A stretch of 64,000 nt of DNA from contig JBCBUK010000002.1 in the NCBI GenBank assembly GCA_039818205.1, forward strand, positions 384,001 to 448,000, written 5' to 3'. Source of the DNA: Verrucomicrobiota bacterium (lineage in GTDB: Bacteria > Verrucomicrobiota > Verrucomicrobiia > Opitutales > Cerasicoccaceae). Each line of letters starts with the position of its first letter. Position 1 is the first letter of the stretch. A program made the translations under genes and the position numbers. This document shows, in pieces, positions 21,720-30,367 of the stretch. A model generated the notes under the pieces. That model did no database searches. It worked only from the letters and a program-made list of their open reading frames with translations, and was not told where the DNA came from.

Positions 21720-22262
21720 TCATCGTTTGCCGGTTTTGCTCGGCATGAGTTCCGAGTCTTTCACCAGATGATAGAGGTTGCCGCTCCCAATGCGGTAGGG
21801 CACTGGCAGGCGGGCGAAGGCGGTTACGGCTTCACCGTTTTGCAACGGTGCGGAGAATTTGCGCTTACTGATCTCTTCGCGGATGACCTCGGCGACGGAT
21901 TCGTGGTCGGCTTCATCGATTTGGCAATCAATCACGCGGCCGCGCTCATCAACGGTGACCAAGAGGATGGTTTCGCCGACATAGTTTTTCGTCCGCATGG
22001 TGTCGGGAAACTCAATTGGCCCGCGATCAACCAAGACGAACGGTGCATCCAACTCTGAGAGGGGGACTGCGTTCAAATATTTCTGCCGAACAGTTTCGTC
22101 GTCGATCACGGTGGCCTGCCGAACCGGCTCCACCGTCACCGCGTCTTGCTCACCCATGGGTTCGGCCTCCGATTCGGCGAAGGGAACCCAGCTGGGCGTT
22201 TCGCATCCGCTAATGAGCAGTGCGGTTCCGGTAAGGAGAAGACTGGGCAGCAAGTGTTTCAT
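21720..22262 (-). CDS. Lipoprotein with a TonB C-terminal-like domain
   Basis: Lipobox LISGC; P.FP..R...GETILLVTVDERGRV...KFSAPLQNGEAV. Confidence 0.7.
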   Translation of the reverse strand: MKHLLPSLLLTGTALLISGCETPSWVPFAESEAEPMGEQDAVTVEPVRQATVIDDETVRQKYLNAVPLSELDAPFVLVDRGPIEFPDTMRTKNYVGETILLVTVDERGRVIDCQIDEADHESVAEVIREEISKRKFSAPLQNGEAVTAFARLPVPYRIGSGNLYHLVKDSELMPSKTGKR

Positions 22263-22264
22263 GA

Positions 22265-23239
22265 CTATACCGATGGAATCGGTACGTCGTTGACTTGGGC
22301 AAGTGGTTTTTCGCCCTTGAGCATCAATAGTAGATTCTCTGTCGCCATGGTTGCTTGGCGGACAACGGACTCATAGGTGCGACTGCCGATATGCGGTGTG
22401 ACAATGCAATTTTTCGCCGAAAGCAGCGGGTGGTCCGCTGGCGGTGGCTCTTGGTCGAGCACGTCAGTGCCATAGCCGCCAACCTTACCGCTCTCGAGCG
22501 CTGCCGCGATGTCGGCGGTGTTGACGAGCTCACCCCGGGCGCAATTGAGAATGACGACGCCGTCTTTCATCTTGCTGATCGAGTCTGCGCTGATCAGGTC
22601 GCGAGTCTCTTCGGTCAAGTTGGAGTGGAGACTGATAATATCGGCTTGTTCAAAAATCTCATTTACGTCCGTGGCGCGCTGAATGCCTTGGGCGGCGGCA
22701 AAGTCCTCTGGCCAATAGACGTCGAACGCAATTACCTTCAGGCCAAAGGCTTTTGCACGGATCGAAACCTCGCGGCCAATGCGGCCGAGGCCGATGATGC
22801 CAATCGTCTTACCCATGATCTCATGGCCGGTCAGGCGCTTCCAGTTACCAGCAGCAGTGAAGTTGGCTTCCTCGACCAAATGGCGGAAGAGCGCGAGCAT
22901 CAACGCAAATGTGTGCTCAGCCACGGTGGTGTGATTCACGCCAGGGCAAAAGCTCAGCGGAATGCCCATTTCGGTGCAGGTCGCAACGTCAATCTTGTCA
23001 ACGCCGATGCCGTATTTGGCAATGAGCTTTAGGCGGGGCGCGGCTTTCTCCAGGACAGCCTTGGAGATGACATCGTCACCGCAAAGAAAGGCGTCAAAAT
23101 CGCCGGCGAGTTCAAGCATGCGCTCTTCGCTAAGGGGGCCGCGTTCGCGCACAATCTCGGCGCCGCTGGATTCAAGCAACTCATGATGAGGGCCTGGCGT
23201 ATCCTGATAGGAGGTGGTGGAAAGAAGGATTCGAGTCAT
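22265..23239 (-). CDS. D-isomer-specific 2-hydroxyacid dehydrogenase (SerA-like, no ACT domain)
   Basis: YGIGVDKID, VAEH, GIIGLGRIG, LNCARG, DVLDQEP, TPHIGS; 324 aa. Confidence 0.92.
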   Translation of the reverse strand: MTRILLSTTSYQDTPGPHHELLESSGAEIVRERGPLSEERMLELAGDFDAFLCGDDVISKAVLEKAAPRLKLIAKYGIGVDKIDVATCTEMGIPLSFCPGVNHTTVAEHTFALMLALFRHLVEEANFTAAGNWKRLTGHEIMGKTIGIIGLGRIGREVSIRAKAFGLKVIAFDVYWPEDFAAAQGIQRATDVNEIFEQADIISLHSNLTEETRDLISADSISKMKDGVVILNCARGELVNTADIAAALESGKVGGYGTDVLDQEPPPADHPLLSAKNCIVTPHIGSRTYESVVRQATMATENLLLMLKGEKPLAQVNDVPIPSV

Positions 23240-23267
23240 GGTTAATCGAGGTAAGGCGGAGAGGTAT

Positions 23268-23283
23268 CCAACACGTGTAGGGT
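23268..23283. promoter_or_regulatory. Putative LacI operator (copy 1) upstream of the sugar-acid operon
   Basis: CCAACACGTGTAGGGT with palindromic core ACACGTGT; identical to 25657-25672; just downstream of a TTGAC (-35-like) on the minus strand. Confidence 0.75.
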
Positions 23284-23437
23284 TGAGTCAACAAAAAAAG
23301 AATTCTTTGAGCAATCCAACCGCTGCTGCGGTATTATTGTCCTATGCGACATTTTGGGATTGAGTAGCAGTCTGGGGGGTGGTTCTTTGGAAATGTTTAT
23401 TAACATTGAGGGGTGACGAATACGTAGACGCGAAGGT

Positions 23438-23788
23438 ATGTCAGCAGTAAGGCTACTCATTAATTCGACGAAAGGTTTAGGGGTTGTTGTCCCGTTCATC
23501 GTCTTTGGTGGGTTCTACATTGCTTATAGTTTTTCAACGCGTTTGGAGGAAGATTCGTCATTGCAGATGGCAATTTTTCCAGTTTCGCTCTTGCTGATTT
23601 GTGGCTGCCTTTGGATCCTTGGCAAAACGTTGAATCGGGACGGTGCTAGCAGTGAAGGAGGGGTGCTTAGTGCCCGCCATACATTTCTTAGCGTAAATAT
23701 CGAACGTTTCGCGCTGATTATCGGTTTTGTGGGAGTTTTTTTATATCTAAGCCTGTGGGGAGCCCGATGGTATTTGGGAACAAGCTGA
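23438..23788 (+). CDS. Hypothetical 3-TM membrane protein (AT-richer segment)
   Basis: 116-aa ORF with hydrophobic segments and H(T)FL.V..E..A.I. Confidence 0.6.
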   Translation: MSAVRLLINSTKGLGVVVPFIVFGGFYIAYSFSTRLEEDSSLQMAIFPVSLLLICGCLWILGKTLNRDGASSEGGVLSARHTFLSVNIERFALIIGFVGVFLYLSLWGARWYLGTS

Positions 23789-23835
23789 GGTCGTAATTGC
23801 ATATTCTTGCTAATCAGGCGAGAAGCGACTAGGCG

Positions 23836-24531
23836 ATGCAGACCATGGCAAACCGATACATGAGGAAGATTGCGCCCGACAAACTTCCTGTAGAGGCGGT
23901 TGAAGAGCAGGCAAAGGCTTTATTTGATTCATTGAGCGAGATTCTCAAACTTAGGCTGCGCGATCGACATGGTTGGGTGGTTCATGAAAGCGAGAACGAA
24001 TACGCCATTGAGGCGGTTAATGGTAGTGTTACCTGCTGCTTAGAAATTGAGCCTGTCTTGGAGCTCGAGCCTGTCTTGGGGCTCGAGCCTGTTGTAGGCG
24101 GAGGCTTGGATCGGATGGTCTCCATTAATGTTTATATGACGTCCACGAGCAAGGAACGAGGCGTGGCCGATAAATATCGCTCGGGAGTGGCTGAGCGAAC
24201 CCAACACACTATTGCTGTTGTTTCTGGTTTGGGGTTGGGCGTATTAGGTATGGTATTTGAAGTATCCTTTCTGCGACGAACCTTCGAGTATGTACCTTCT
24301 CCTTTCTTGGTCGTGTTTGGCTGGCTCGGCTGTGGGTTCGTGGGCTACCTGATTGGCAGCAAAATCGGAAAATTTTTCGATAAGCAGAAGTTCGATATGA
24401 CCTTCGACGAAGAAGTGAATGTAGAAGTCTTCAAAAGCGATTGGGAGAGCTTTATCGATGCCGCCTCCCCAGTTGTTGATCAGTTTTCTGCGAGTTTTGA
24501 AAGCGTGCCCTCTAGTCCAGCAATCGATTAA
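23836..24531 (+). CDS. Hypothetical 2-TM membrane protein (AT-richer segment)
   Basis: 231-aa ORF with two hydrophobic segments; no family recognised. Confidence 0.6.
   Translation: MQTMANRYMRKIAPDKLPVEAVEEQAKALFDSLSEILKLRLRDRHGWVVHESENEYAIEAVNGSVTCCLEIEPVLELEPVLGLEPVVGGGLDRMVSINVYMTSTSKERGVADKYRSGVAERTQHTIAVVSGLGLGVLGMVFEVSFLRRTFEYVPSPFLVVFGWLGCGFVGYLIGSKIGKFFDKQKFDMTFDEEVNVEVFKSDWESFIDAASPVVDQFSASFESVPSSPAID
24049..24098 (+). repeat. In-frame 18-bp tandem repeat (about 2.7 copies)
   Basis: GAGCCTGTCTTGGAGCTC / GAGCCTGTCTTGGGGCTC / GAGCCTGTTGTAGG, encoding EPVLEL EPVLGL EPVVG. Confidence 0.85.
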
Positions 24532-24562
24532 CGGCCCGGCTTTACTCTATGTTCAAATGCCC

Positions 24563-25612
24563 TCACTGCGCCCGCGTCGAATCGCGTTCGATGAGGCGGG
24601 GTTTGATCAAGGTCTGTTTGGGCTTCGGGGAGTCTTCGTCAGATTCCAGGAGCTGCTTCATGCGCTCGGCCACGCCAAGCATCAGGTGCTCCGCGCATTG
24701 ATCAATCGTTGTTAGCGCTGGTTGCAGGTGTTCGGTCACTTCGAGGTTATCGTAGCCAACAACCGATACATCGCGCGGAGTTTCGACACCGGCTTCCCGC
24801 AAGCGATTGATCGCGCCAATGGCGACCCGGTCGTTAACCGCGATAACGGCTGTGGGCAGCGATTTGTCGGACTCGAGCAAGCGCTCCGCGAGCGTTCGAC
24901 CGTAGTTGTAGTCGTGGAGCGGGTGGCCTTCGATGAAGAGCTGGACCGTGTGTTTCTCGATATCAATGCCCAGGCGCTTACAATTGCGCTGGAAGGCGGG
25001 CCAACGAAATGCACCAAAGGGATTCACGGGATCGATGCCCAACACCGCGTAGCGGCGGTGCCCCAAACCGTAGAGATGCTCAAGCACGAGCTTCATTGAA
25101 ATTGGCCGGTCAATCGACATCTGCTCGCCGTCGACTTTGGTTTCCGGGTCGACCCAGATGACTGGTCGTCCCTGGCTGAGACAGCCAGCGAGCACCTCGT
25201 CGGTCTCGGTCAATTGCGAGCCGATGAGCACCACACCTTCGACCTGCAGGGATAGAAAATTTCGCAGAGCGGCGCGCTCGCCGTCCTTGTTGCCGTTGGT
25301 CAACTCGATCAGAGCGTGGTAACCAAGCTCGCGGAGTGACTGCTGAAGTAGCGATACCTTGCGGGCCAGAATCGGCGTTTCCAATTCTTGAAAGCAAACG
25401 CCGATAATGCCTGTGCGGCCCCCGCGTAATCCGCGGGCGAGGGCATTGGGTTGGAAGCCGAGCTCATCCATCGCCTTGTGCACCCGTTCAACGGTCTCGG
25501 GCAGGATGCCTGGATGCCCGTTGAGCACACGCGAAACCGTCCACCTTGAGAGTCCGAGGTGTCGCGCGAGTTCCGCCGTTGTTGGCGAAGAGCTGGAGCG
25601 TTGCGATGCCAA
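24563..25612 (-). CDS. LacI family transcriptional regulator
   Basis: ELARHLGLSRWTVSRVLNG HTH, FQPNALARGL hinge, VSVVGYDN, PALTTIDQ, LIERDST. Confidence 0.95.
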   Translation of the reverse strand: MASQRSSSSPTTAELARHLGLSRWTVSRVLNGHPGILPETVERVHKAMDELGFQPNALARGLRGGRTGIIGVCFQELETPILARKVSLLQQSLRELGYHALIELTNGNKDGERAALRNFLSLQVEGVVLIGSQLTETDEVLAGCLSQGRPVIWVDPETKVDGEQMSIDRPISMKLVLEHLYGLGHRRYAVLGIDPVNPFGAFRWPAFQRNCKRLGIDIEKHTVQLFIEGHPLHDYNYGRTLAERLLESDKSLPTAVIAVNDRVAIGAINRLREAGVETPRDVSVVGYDNLEVTEHLQPALTTIDQCAEHLMLGVAERMKQLLESDEDSPKPKQTLIKPRLIERDSTRAQ

Positions 25613-25656
25613 AAAGTGTCAGCGTTCGGGGATTGGTCAGCGTTTCAATCCCTTAG

Positions 25657-25672
25657 CCAACACGTGTAGGGT
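25657..25672. promoter_or_regulatory. Putative LacI operator (copy 2, autoregulatory)
   Basis: CCAACACGTGTAGGGT about 45 bp upstream of the lacI start, next to TTGACG on the minus strand. Confidence 0.75.
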
Positions 25673-25741
25673 CTGGCGTCAATGAAAAAGGATAGACGGT
25701 GTGATTGGTCTCCGGCCAGGTTTGGGATTGGGTCGAAATCG

Positions 25742-25771
25742 AAAAGCTCCCGATTAGGTTTCGGGAGCTTT
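25742..25771 (-). terminator. Intrinsic terminator of the PEP-CTERM gene
   Basis: AAAGCTCCCGA-ttaggtt-TCGGGAGCTTT. Confidence 0.8.
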
Positions 25772-25801
25772 GTGAATCCTATGAGTCTGTGGACCGGTGT
25801 G

Positions 25802-26533
25802 TTATTTTGCGAACTGCTGGCGCAATCCACATAAGCCGATCGCGATAAGTCCAAAGAAAAGAGCATAGGTTCCGGGTTCCGGCACGGGCACCAGTTGGAA
25901 ACCATTCATGGCGATAAAACCTGTATTGACGCCGTTGCTCGCCCAGGTCACGTCGATGTTCCCGCTTCCGTCAGCGACAATATTCGAGAACAGAACGTAG
26001 TTGGAGCCTTCAGAAAGGGGGCCAAGAGGGGAGTCGCCTAAAGATGTTTGCGATTCCGATCCGATGGTGAATGTGCCACCTTGGCCAGGAGCATCGCCCT
26101 GGGAGACAATGGCTAGGTCGTATTGTCCGCCTGCTACCAATCCGGAAAGGTTAAGTATTAGCGGCTGCACCGGATTAATACCAAAACTGTCGTTTGGCAG
26201 GAGGAAATTGTCCAATAGATCTGTGGTGGTGTCGCTCATGCTAAAGGAGAAAAGCAGCATGCCGTTAGGATTCGAGAACGTGTAGCCAACGCTTGTCGTG
26301 TTCCCCCCGGAATCGAGCAAGTTGACTCCGTCGGCGAAGTTCAATTGATCGTTCCATGTTGTGCCAGTATAGGCAAGTGGAGCAACTCCGGCGCTGGAGG
26401 CCGTTCCGTCTAATACTACCGAGGGATTGGCTCCGTTGGCGCTGACAAAGTTGACATTGATAATGGCATGGGTTGACGCGGCGAGCAGCGTCGTGAGGCA
26501 AATTAATTGCACTGACTTAATGGTAGATTTCAT
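25802..26533 (-). CDS. PEP-CTERM sorting domain-containing secreted protein
   Basis: Signal peptide; C-terminal NGFQLVPVPEPGTYALFFGLIAIGLCGLRQQ. Confidence 0.93.
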   Translation of the reverse strand: MKSTIKSVQLICLTTLLAASTHAIINVNFVSANGANPSVVLDGTASSAGVAPLAYTGTTWNDQLNFADGVNLLDSGGNTTSVGYTFSNPNGMLLFSFSMSDTTTDLLDNFLLPNDSFGINPVQPLILNLSGLVAGGQYDLAIVSQGDAPGQGGTFTIGSESQTSLGDSPLGPLSEGSNYVLFSNIVADGSGNIDVTWASNGVNTGFIAMNGFQLVPVPEPGTYALFFGLIAIGLCGLRQQFAK

Positions 26534-26707
26534 ATTCAGGTGTTTTTAGTCCAGGGGTGTTTCCCACGCACGTGCGAGGGTTCCTGATCATATCACCTTT
26601 AAAGCTAAGATTAAATAGTATTATCAAATATAAATGACAATAGTATGCTAACTAACTGAAACCATCAAAATTACAAGGCTACCAGACGTTGCTGCCTCGT
26701 AGGCCGC

Positions 26708-27775
26708 TTAGTGCGCGGCGGGTTGGTCGAGGTATTGTTTGAAGGCTTCTTTATCGGCGGCCTTCATGTAGGCTTCGTTGCCGGTAATAATTCCGGCGTC
26801 GAGCTGCTTCTTGATCGAGAAATCCATCATGCACATACCTTGGGCGATGCTACTCTCGATGATTCCGCGGATGGCACTGGTTTTGCCCGAGCGAATGGTG
26901 TTCGGTAGCGCGTCGTGCTTGAGGAGGATTTCGTGGACCGCGACCCGGCCCTTGGGCACACGTTTGCAAAGCAGTTGAGAGACCACGCAGGTTAGGCAAC
27001 CGGAAAGCATGATGCGGATTTGGCCCTGTTCCTCGGCCGGAAAGGCGTCAATGATCCGGTCAACGGTTTTCGGGGCATTGTTGGTGTGCAAGGTTCCGAA
27101 AACGAGCATGCCCATCGAGGCACAGCCCAGGGCAAGTTTGATGGTTTCCAGTTCCCGCATTTCGCCGACCAGAATAATGTCGGGGTCGGCTCGCATCGCT
27201 CCCCGGAGCGCATTGGCAAATGAGTCACTGTGCTCGCCGACTTCCCGGTGAACGATGACGCTTTTCTTGTTGGGGTGCACGAACTCGATCGGGTCTTCGA
27301 TCGTGATAATATGCTTCTGGAAATTGTCGTTAATGTAGTCGATCATCGCGGCAAGTGTGGTTGACTTGCCGCTGCCGGTTGGCCCCGTGACGAAGACCAA
27401 ACCTTCTTTGTAGGCGCAGACTTCCCGTAGTATTTCGGGGAGTTTCAAGGTGTCAAACGACAGGATCTCAGCGGGGATCTGACGAAATACAGCGGCTTGA
27501 CCCCAGTGATTGTAGAAGTAGCTCCCACGAAAGCGGGCCAGCCCCGGGATCTCGTATGCCAGGTCGAGGTCACGCGTTTCCAGGAAGTGATTCCACTTCT
27601 GCTCGCTCGTGATCTGACTGAGCAACGTCGACATCTGTTTGGCGGATATAACCTGATCGGTCAGTGGCATAACCGAGCCTGAGGCGCGGATCTTGGGAAC
27701 CGAGCCCACCGATAGGTGAAGGTCGGAGCCATCGTTATTTAACATGCCGGAGAGTAGTGCGTCGATTTCTGCCAT
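26708..27775 (-). CDS. pilT: Type IV pilus retraction ATPase PilT
   Basis: SDLHL, GPTGSGKSTT, TIEDPIE, RADPDIILVGEMR, GTLHT. Confidence 0.93.
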   Translation of the reverse strand: MAEIDALLSGMLNNDGSDLHLSVGSVPKIRASGSVMPLTDQVISAKQMSTLLSQITSEQKWNHFLETRDLDLAYEIPGLARFRGSYFYNHWGQAAVFRQIPAEILSFDTLKLPEILREVCAYKEGLVFVTGPTGSGKSTTLAAMIDYINDNFQKHIITIEDPIEFVHPNKKSVIVHREVGEHSDSFANALRGAMRADPDIILVGEMRELETIKLALGCASMGMLVFGTLHTNNAPKTVDRIIDAFPAEEQGQIRIMLSGCLTCVVSQLLCKRVPKGRVAVHEILLKHDALPNTIRSGKTSAIRGIIESSIAQGMCMMDFSIKKQLDAGIITGNEAYMKAADKEAFKQYLDQPAAH

Positions 27776-27829
27776 GGCCTGAGTCTAAAAAATGAAGATA
27801 TCGGTTCGAATAAGTGCTTAGTGGCGTTC

Positions 27830-28195
27830 TTAGCCAGCGGATTCCTGAGTGAAGCGGATGGAGTTGCTATCGTTGTCTTTAATATACATCTCGCGATTGC
27901 CCCAGGTCTGGTCGGTGGGTTCCAAGTGGATCTTGATCTGACGCTCGGAGAACTCGCGAAAAAGCTCGTCGACGTTGTCGACCGAAAGGTAGACCGCTGA
28001 TCCAAAGACGCCGTCGCCGGAGAACGAGGAGATGTGGAGCCATTGACCATCGCGTCGCAACCCCATGTAAGTTGGGTCTGGGTCGGGGCCAGGGGTGTAG
28101 GCCCACTCACGCGTGAACCCGAGGCCATCGCAATAAAACGCCGTCGCTTCAGTGATTTTTGATACGCGGATGACGGGTATGGTCGCGTGAATCAT
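27830..28195 (-). CDS. VOC/glyoxalase (bleomycin-resistance-like) protein
   Basis: IPVIRV..AFY.DGLGF..W, LHISS, PTDQTWGNRE.YIKD. Confidence 0.85.
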   Translation of the reverse strand: MIHATIPVIRVSKITEATAFYCDGLGFTREWAYTPGPDPDPTYMGLRRDGQWLHISSFSGDGVFGSAVYLSVDNVDELFREFSERQIKIHLEPTDQTWGNREMYIKDNDSNSIRFTQESAG

Positions 28196-30060
28196 CGTCC
28201 GAACAATCCTTTCTTTTTGGCAGGTTCGTTCATCATGGGCGTTGCTGCTGTTGCTGCACCACCACCGCGGACTTGATTCTTCAGCGGGTCGCTGCGCAGG
28301 TTCGCAATCGCCACCTCAGCCGTAATCCTGCCGGCCTGCCAAAGATTCATGATGGAATTATCCATCAATACCATTCCATCGCGCCGACCGGTTTCGATAA
28401 TGTTACTCAACCCGTCGGATTTGCCTTCGCGAATCAGGGCAGAGACCGCCGTGTTCTTCAAGAGTAGTTCATAACCCATGGCGATTCCGCCATCACTAGC
28501 GGGCAACAAGCGTTGACAGAGAATGCCCCGCAAACTTTCTGCCACCATAGCCCGAATCTGAGGTTGTTGGGCGGGTGGAAAAACGTCGAGCAGGCGATTC
28601 AGGGTCGTTGCCGCATCACTGGTGTGCATGGTTCCGATCACGAGGTGCCCCGTCTCGGAGGCACTGATCGCCATCTCAATGGTTTCCAGGTCGCGCATTT
28701 CACCAATGACGATGATGTCTGGGTCTTGCCGCAGTGCACCTTTCAGGGCACTCTTAAACGATTTTGTGTGCGGCCCGACACCCCGTTGGGTGATCTGGCA
28801 TTGGACCGACTGCTGAATGACTTCGATCGGCTCCTCAACGGTGATCACGTGGTCCTGCCGCGATTGGTTGAGAATATTGACCAGGGCGGATAGGGTGGTG
28901 GTTTTTCCGGCACCTACGGGTCCCGTTACGAGAATCAAGCCATTGTGGTAGGCGGTCAGCTGAGTAATGGTTTCGGCACCCTGGGGGTCGAAACCCAAAT
29001 CCGCGAGCGTGGGGATCTGGGCTGGTACGATCCGATAGGTCCCCGCAAAACCGTCTTTGTGGATCATGAAGTTGACCCGGAATCGTTGGCCGGAGTCGAA
29101 GGGCATTGCGAAATCGTAGTCACGCTCGGCCAGGAAATATTCCTGTTGCTCCTCGCTGAGGACCGCAAGGTTCATCGCCTTTGACAATTCGCGGGTAACG
29201 ACCGTTTGCGAAACGTATTCCACCGCACGGTTGCGGCGGATGAACAAGCGGCTGTCGGCCGAGATATGTACATCACTCGCACCATATTGAGCAGATTGGA
29301 CCAGTAAGCCCAGGACAGCTTGCCGCACCTGTGCGCGGTTGTTGGGGTCAAGCTGAGCGGGATCAGGCCACATTGGCTGGATGCCTTGGGTTTTGATGAT
29401 GTTCTCTTTTGGTTTCGGACGCTCAGACGGCTCCGCCGGTTGGGCGGGCATGGCTCCCTGCATCTGCTTTAGTTGCTCGGCATGTTCAGCCATACTGGCC
29501 ATGGCCTGTTGCGCCTCGGCCATGTTGAAATTTTCAGCCGGCTTCACCTTGTCCATGTCAACGCCCTTGACGGCGTTTTTAGGCGCTTTGGTGCCGGAGG
29601 CTTGCCAAATCGCACTCACGGCCGCTGCCAGGTCATCCGAAGCTGCTTGGCCTTCCGGGTTGGCTTGGGGTTCTTTCGGCGCTGGTGCGGGCGTTTCTTT
29701 GCGCAGACTGATTTTCGGACGTTGGGCCTGTTCAGTTTGAGCATCGGCTTCGGCTTCTTCTTCCAGCGCTTCAAGCTGTTTCAATGCGATACTAGGACGT
29801 GAGGCGCCGGGCTTCTTCTTGATCTCCGCAAACGGGTCAAATGGTGGCTCGTCGCCGTTCTCATCCATTTCGACAGCTTGATCGAGCAATTCCTGCATGT
29901 CGTCGAAGTTATCGTAGATGTCTTTGTCCAGGATCGCCTGGGCGAACTCCAGAAGTTCGACATCATCCGACAGTTCTTTTTTTAGTCGTTGGCAGTTCTT
30001 AACGTTGAGCACGCCATTGCCAATACACAGGCAGGCAAACAGTTTGATGTCCTTAGTCAT
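28192..30060 (-). CDS. PilT/PilU family ATPase with a ~240-aa N-terminal extension
   Basis: ASDVHI, GPVGAGKTT, TVEEPIE, LRQDPDIIVIGEMRD, ETGHLVIGTMHT, AVSALIRE. Confidence 0.92.
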   Translation of the reverse strand: MTKDIKLFACLCIGNGVLNVKNCQRLKKELSDDVELLEFAQAILDKDIYDNFDDMQELLDQAVEMDENGDEPPFDPFAEIKKKPGASRPSIALKQLEALEEEAEADAQTEQAQRPKISLRKETPAPAPKEPQANPEGQAASDDLAAAVSAIWQASGTKAPKNAVKGVDMDKVKPAENFNMAEAQQAMASMAEHAEQLKQMQGAMPAQPAEPSERPKPKENIIKTQGIQPMWPDPAQLDPNNRAQVRQAVLGLLVQSAQYGASDVHISADSRLFIRRNRAVEYVSQTVVTRELSKAMNLAVLSEEQQEYFLAERDYDFAMPFDSGQRFRVNFMIHKDGFAGTYRIVPAQIPTLADLGFDPQGAETITQLTAYHNGLILVTGPVGAGKTTTLSALVNILNQSRQDHVITVEEPIEVIQQSVQCQITQRGVGPHTKSFKSALKGALRQDPDIIVIGEMRDLETIEMAISASETGHLVIGTMHTSDAATTLNRLLDVFPPAQQPQIRAMVAESLRGILCQRLLPASDGGIAMGYELLLKNTAVSALIREGKSDGLSNIIETGRRDGMVLMDNSIMNLWQAGRITAEVAIANLRSDPLKNQVRGGGAATAATPMMNEPAKKKGLFGR

Positions 30061-30367
30061 TTTTGTGGCAGAAACGAATTCGGAAAGGATTCAACGGAAC
30101 ACGCAGGTGTTTACCCTATTGGAATAGGCCTCCGTGGCCTCGTTGGCAAATGAAAAGACAGCTTTATCGATTGTTGTGTTTGCTAACAAGGTATGACGAA
30201 CATGCGGTCCAAGTGGCCGATGGGATAAGGACGCCGACACCTGTGATGGCGGTAGATTTTTGCCCGTATCGTCCTTGCAAAATGAAATTAACATTTGCCT
30301 CAATGTTCCGATTCCTCAGTTTAGTTTTGAACAAGTCTGACCGACAGCAGTCGCATTGTTTGCCTCG

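Noticed and set aside
30061..30367. Possible riboswitch (e.g. c-di-GMP-I) upstream of the PilT operon
   Set aside because: GGGCAAA is present, but I could not find the GNRA stem or GACGCAAAG elements; an Infernal/Rfam scan would decide
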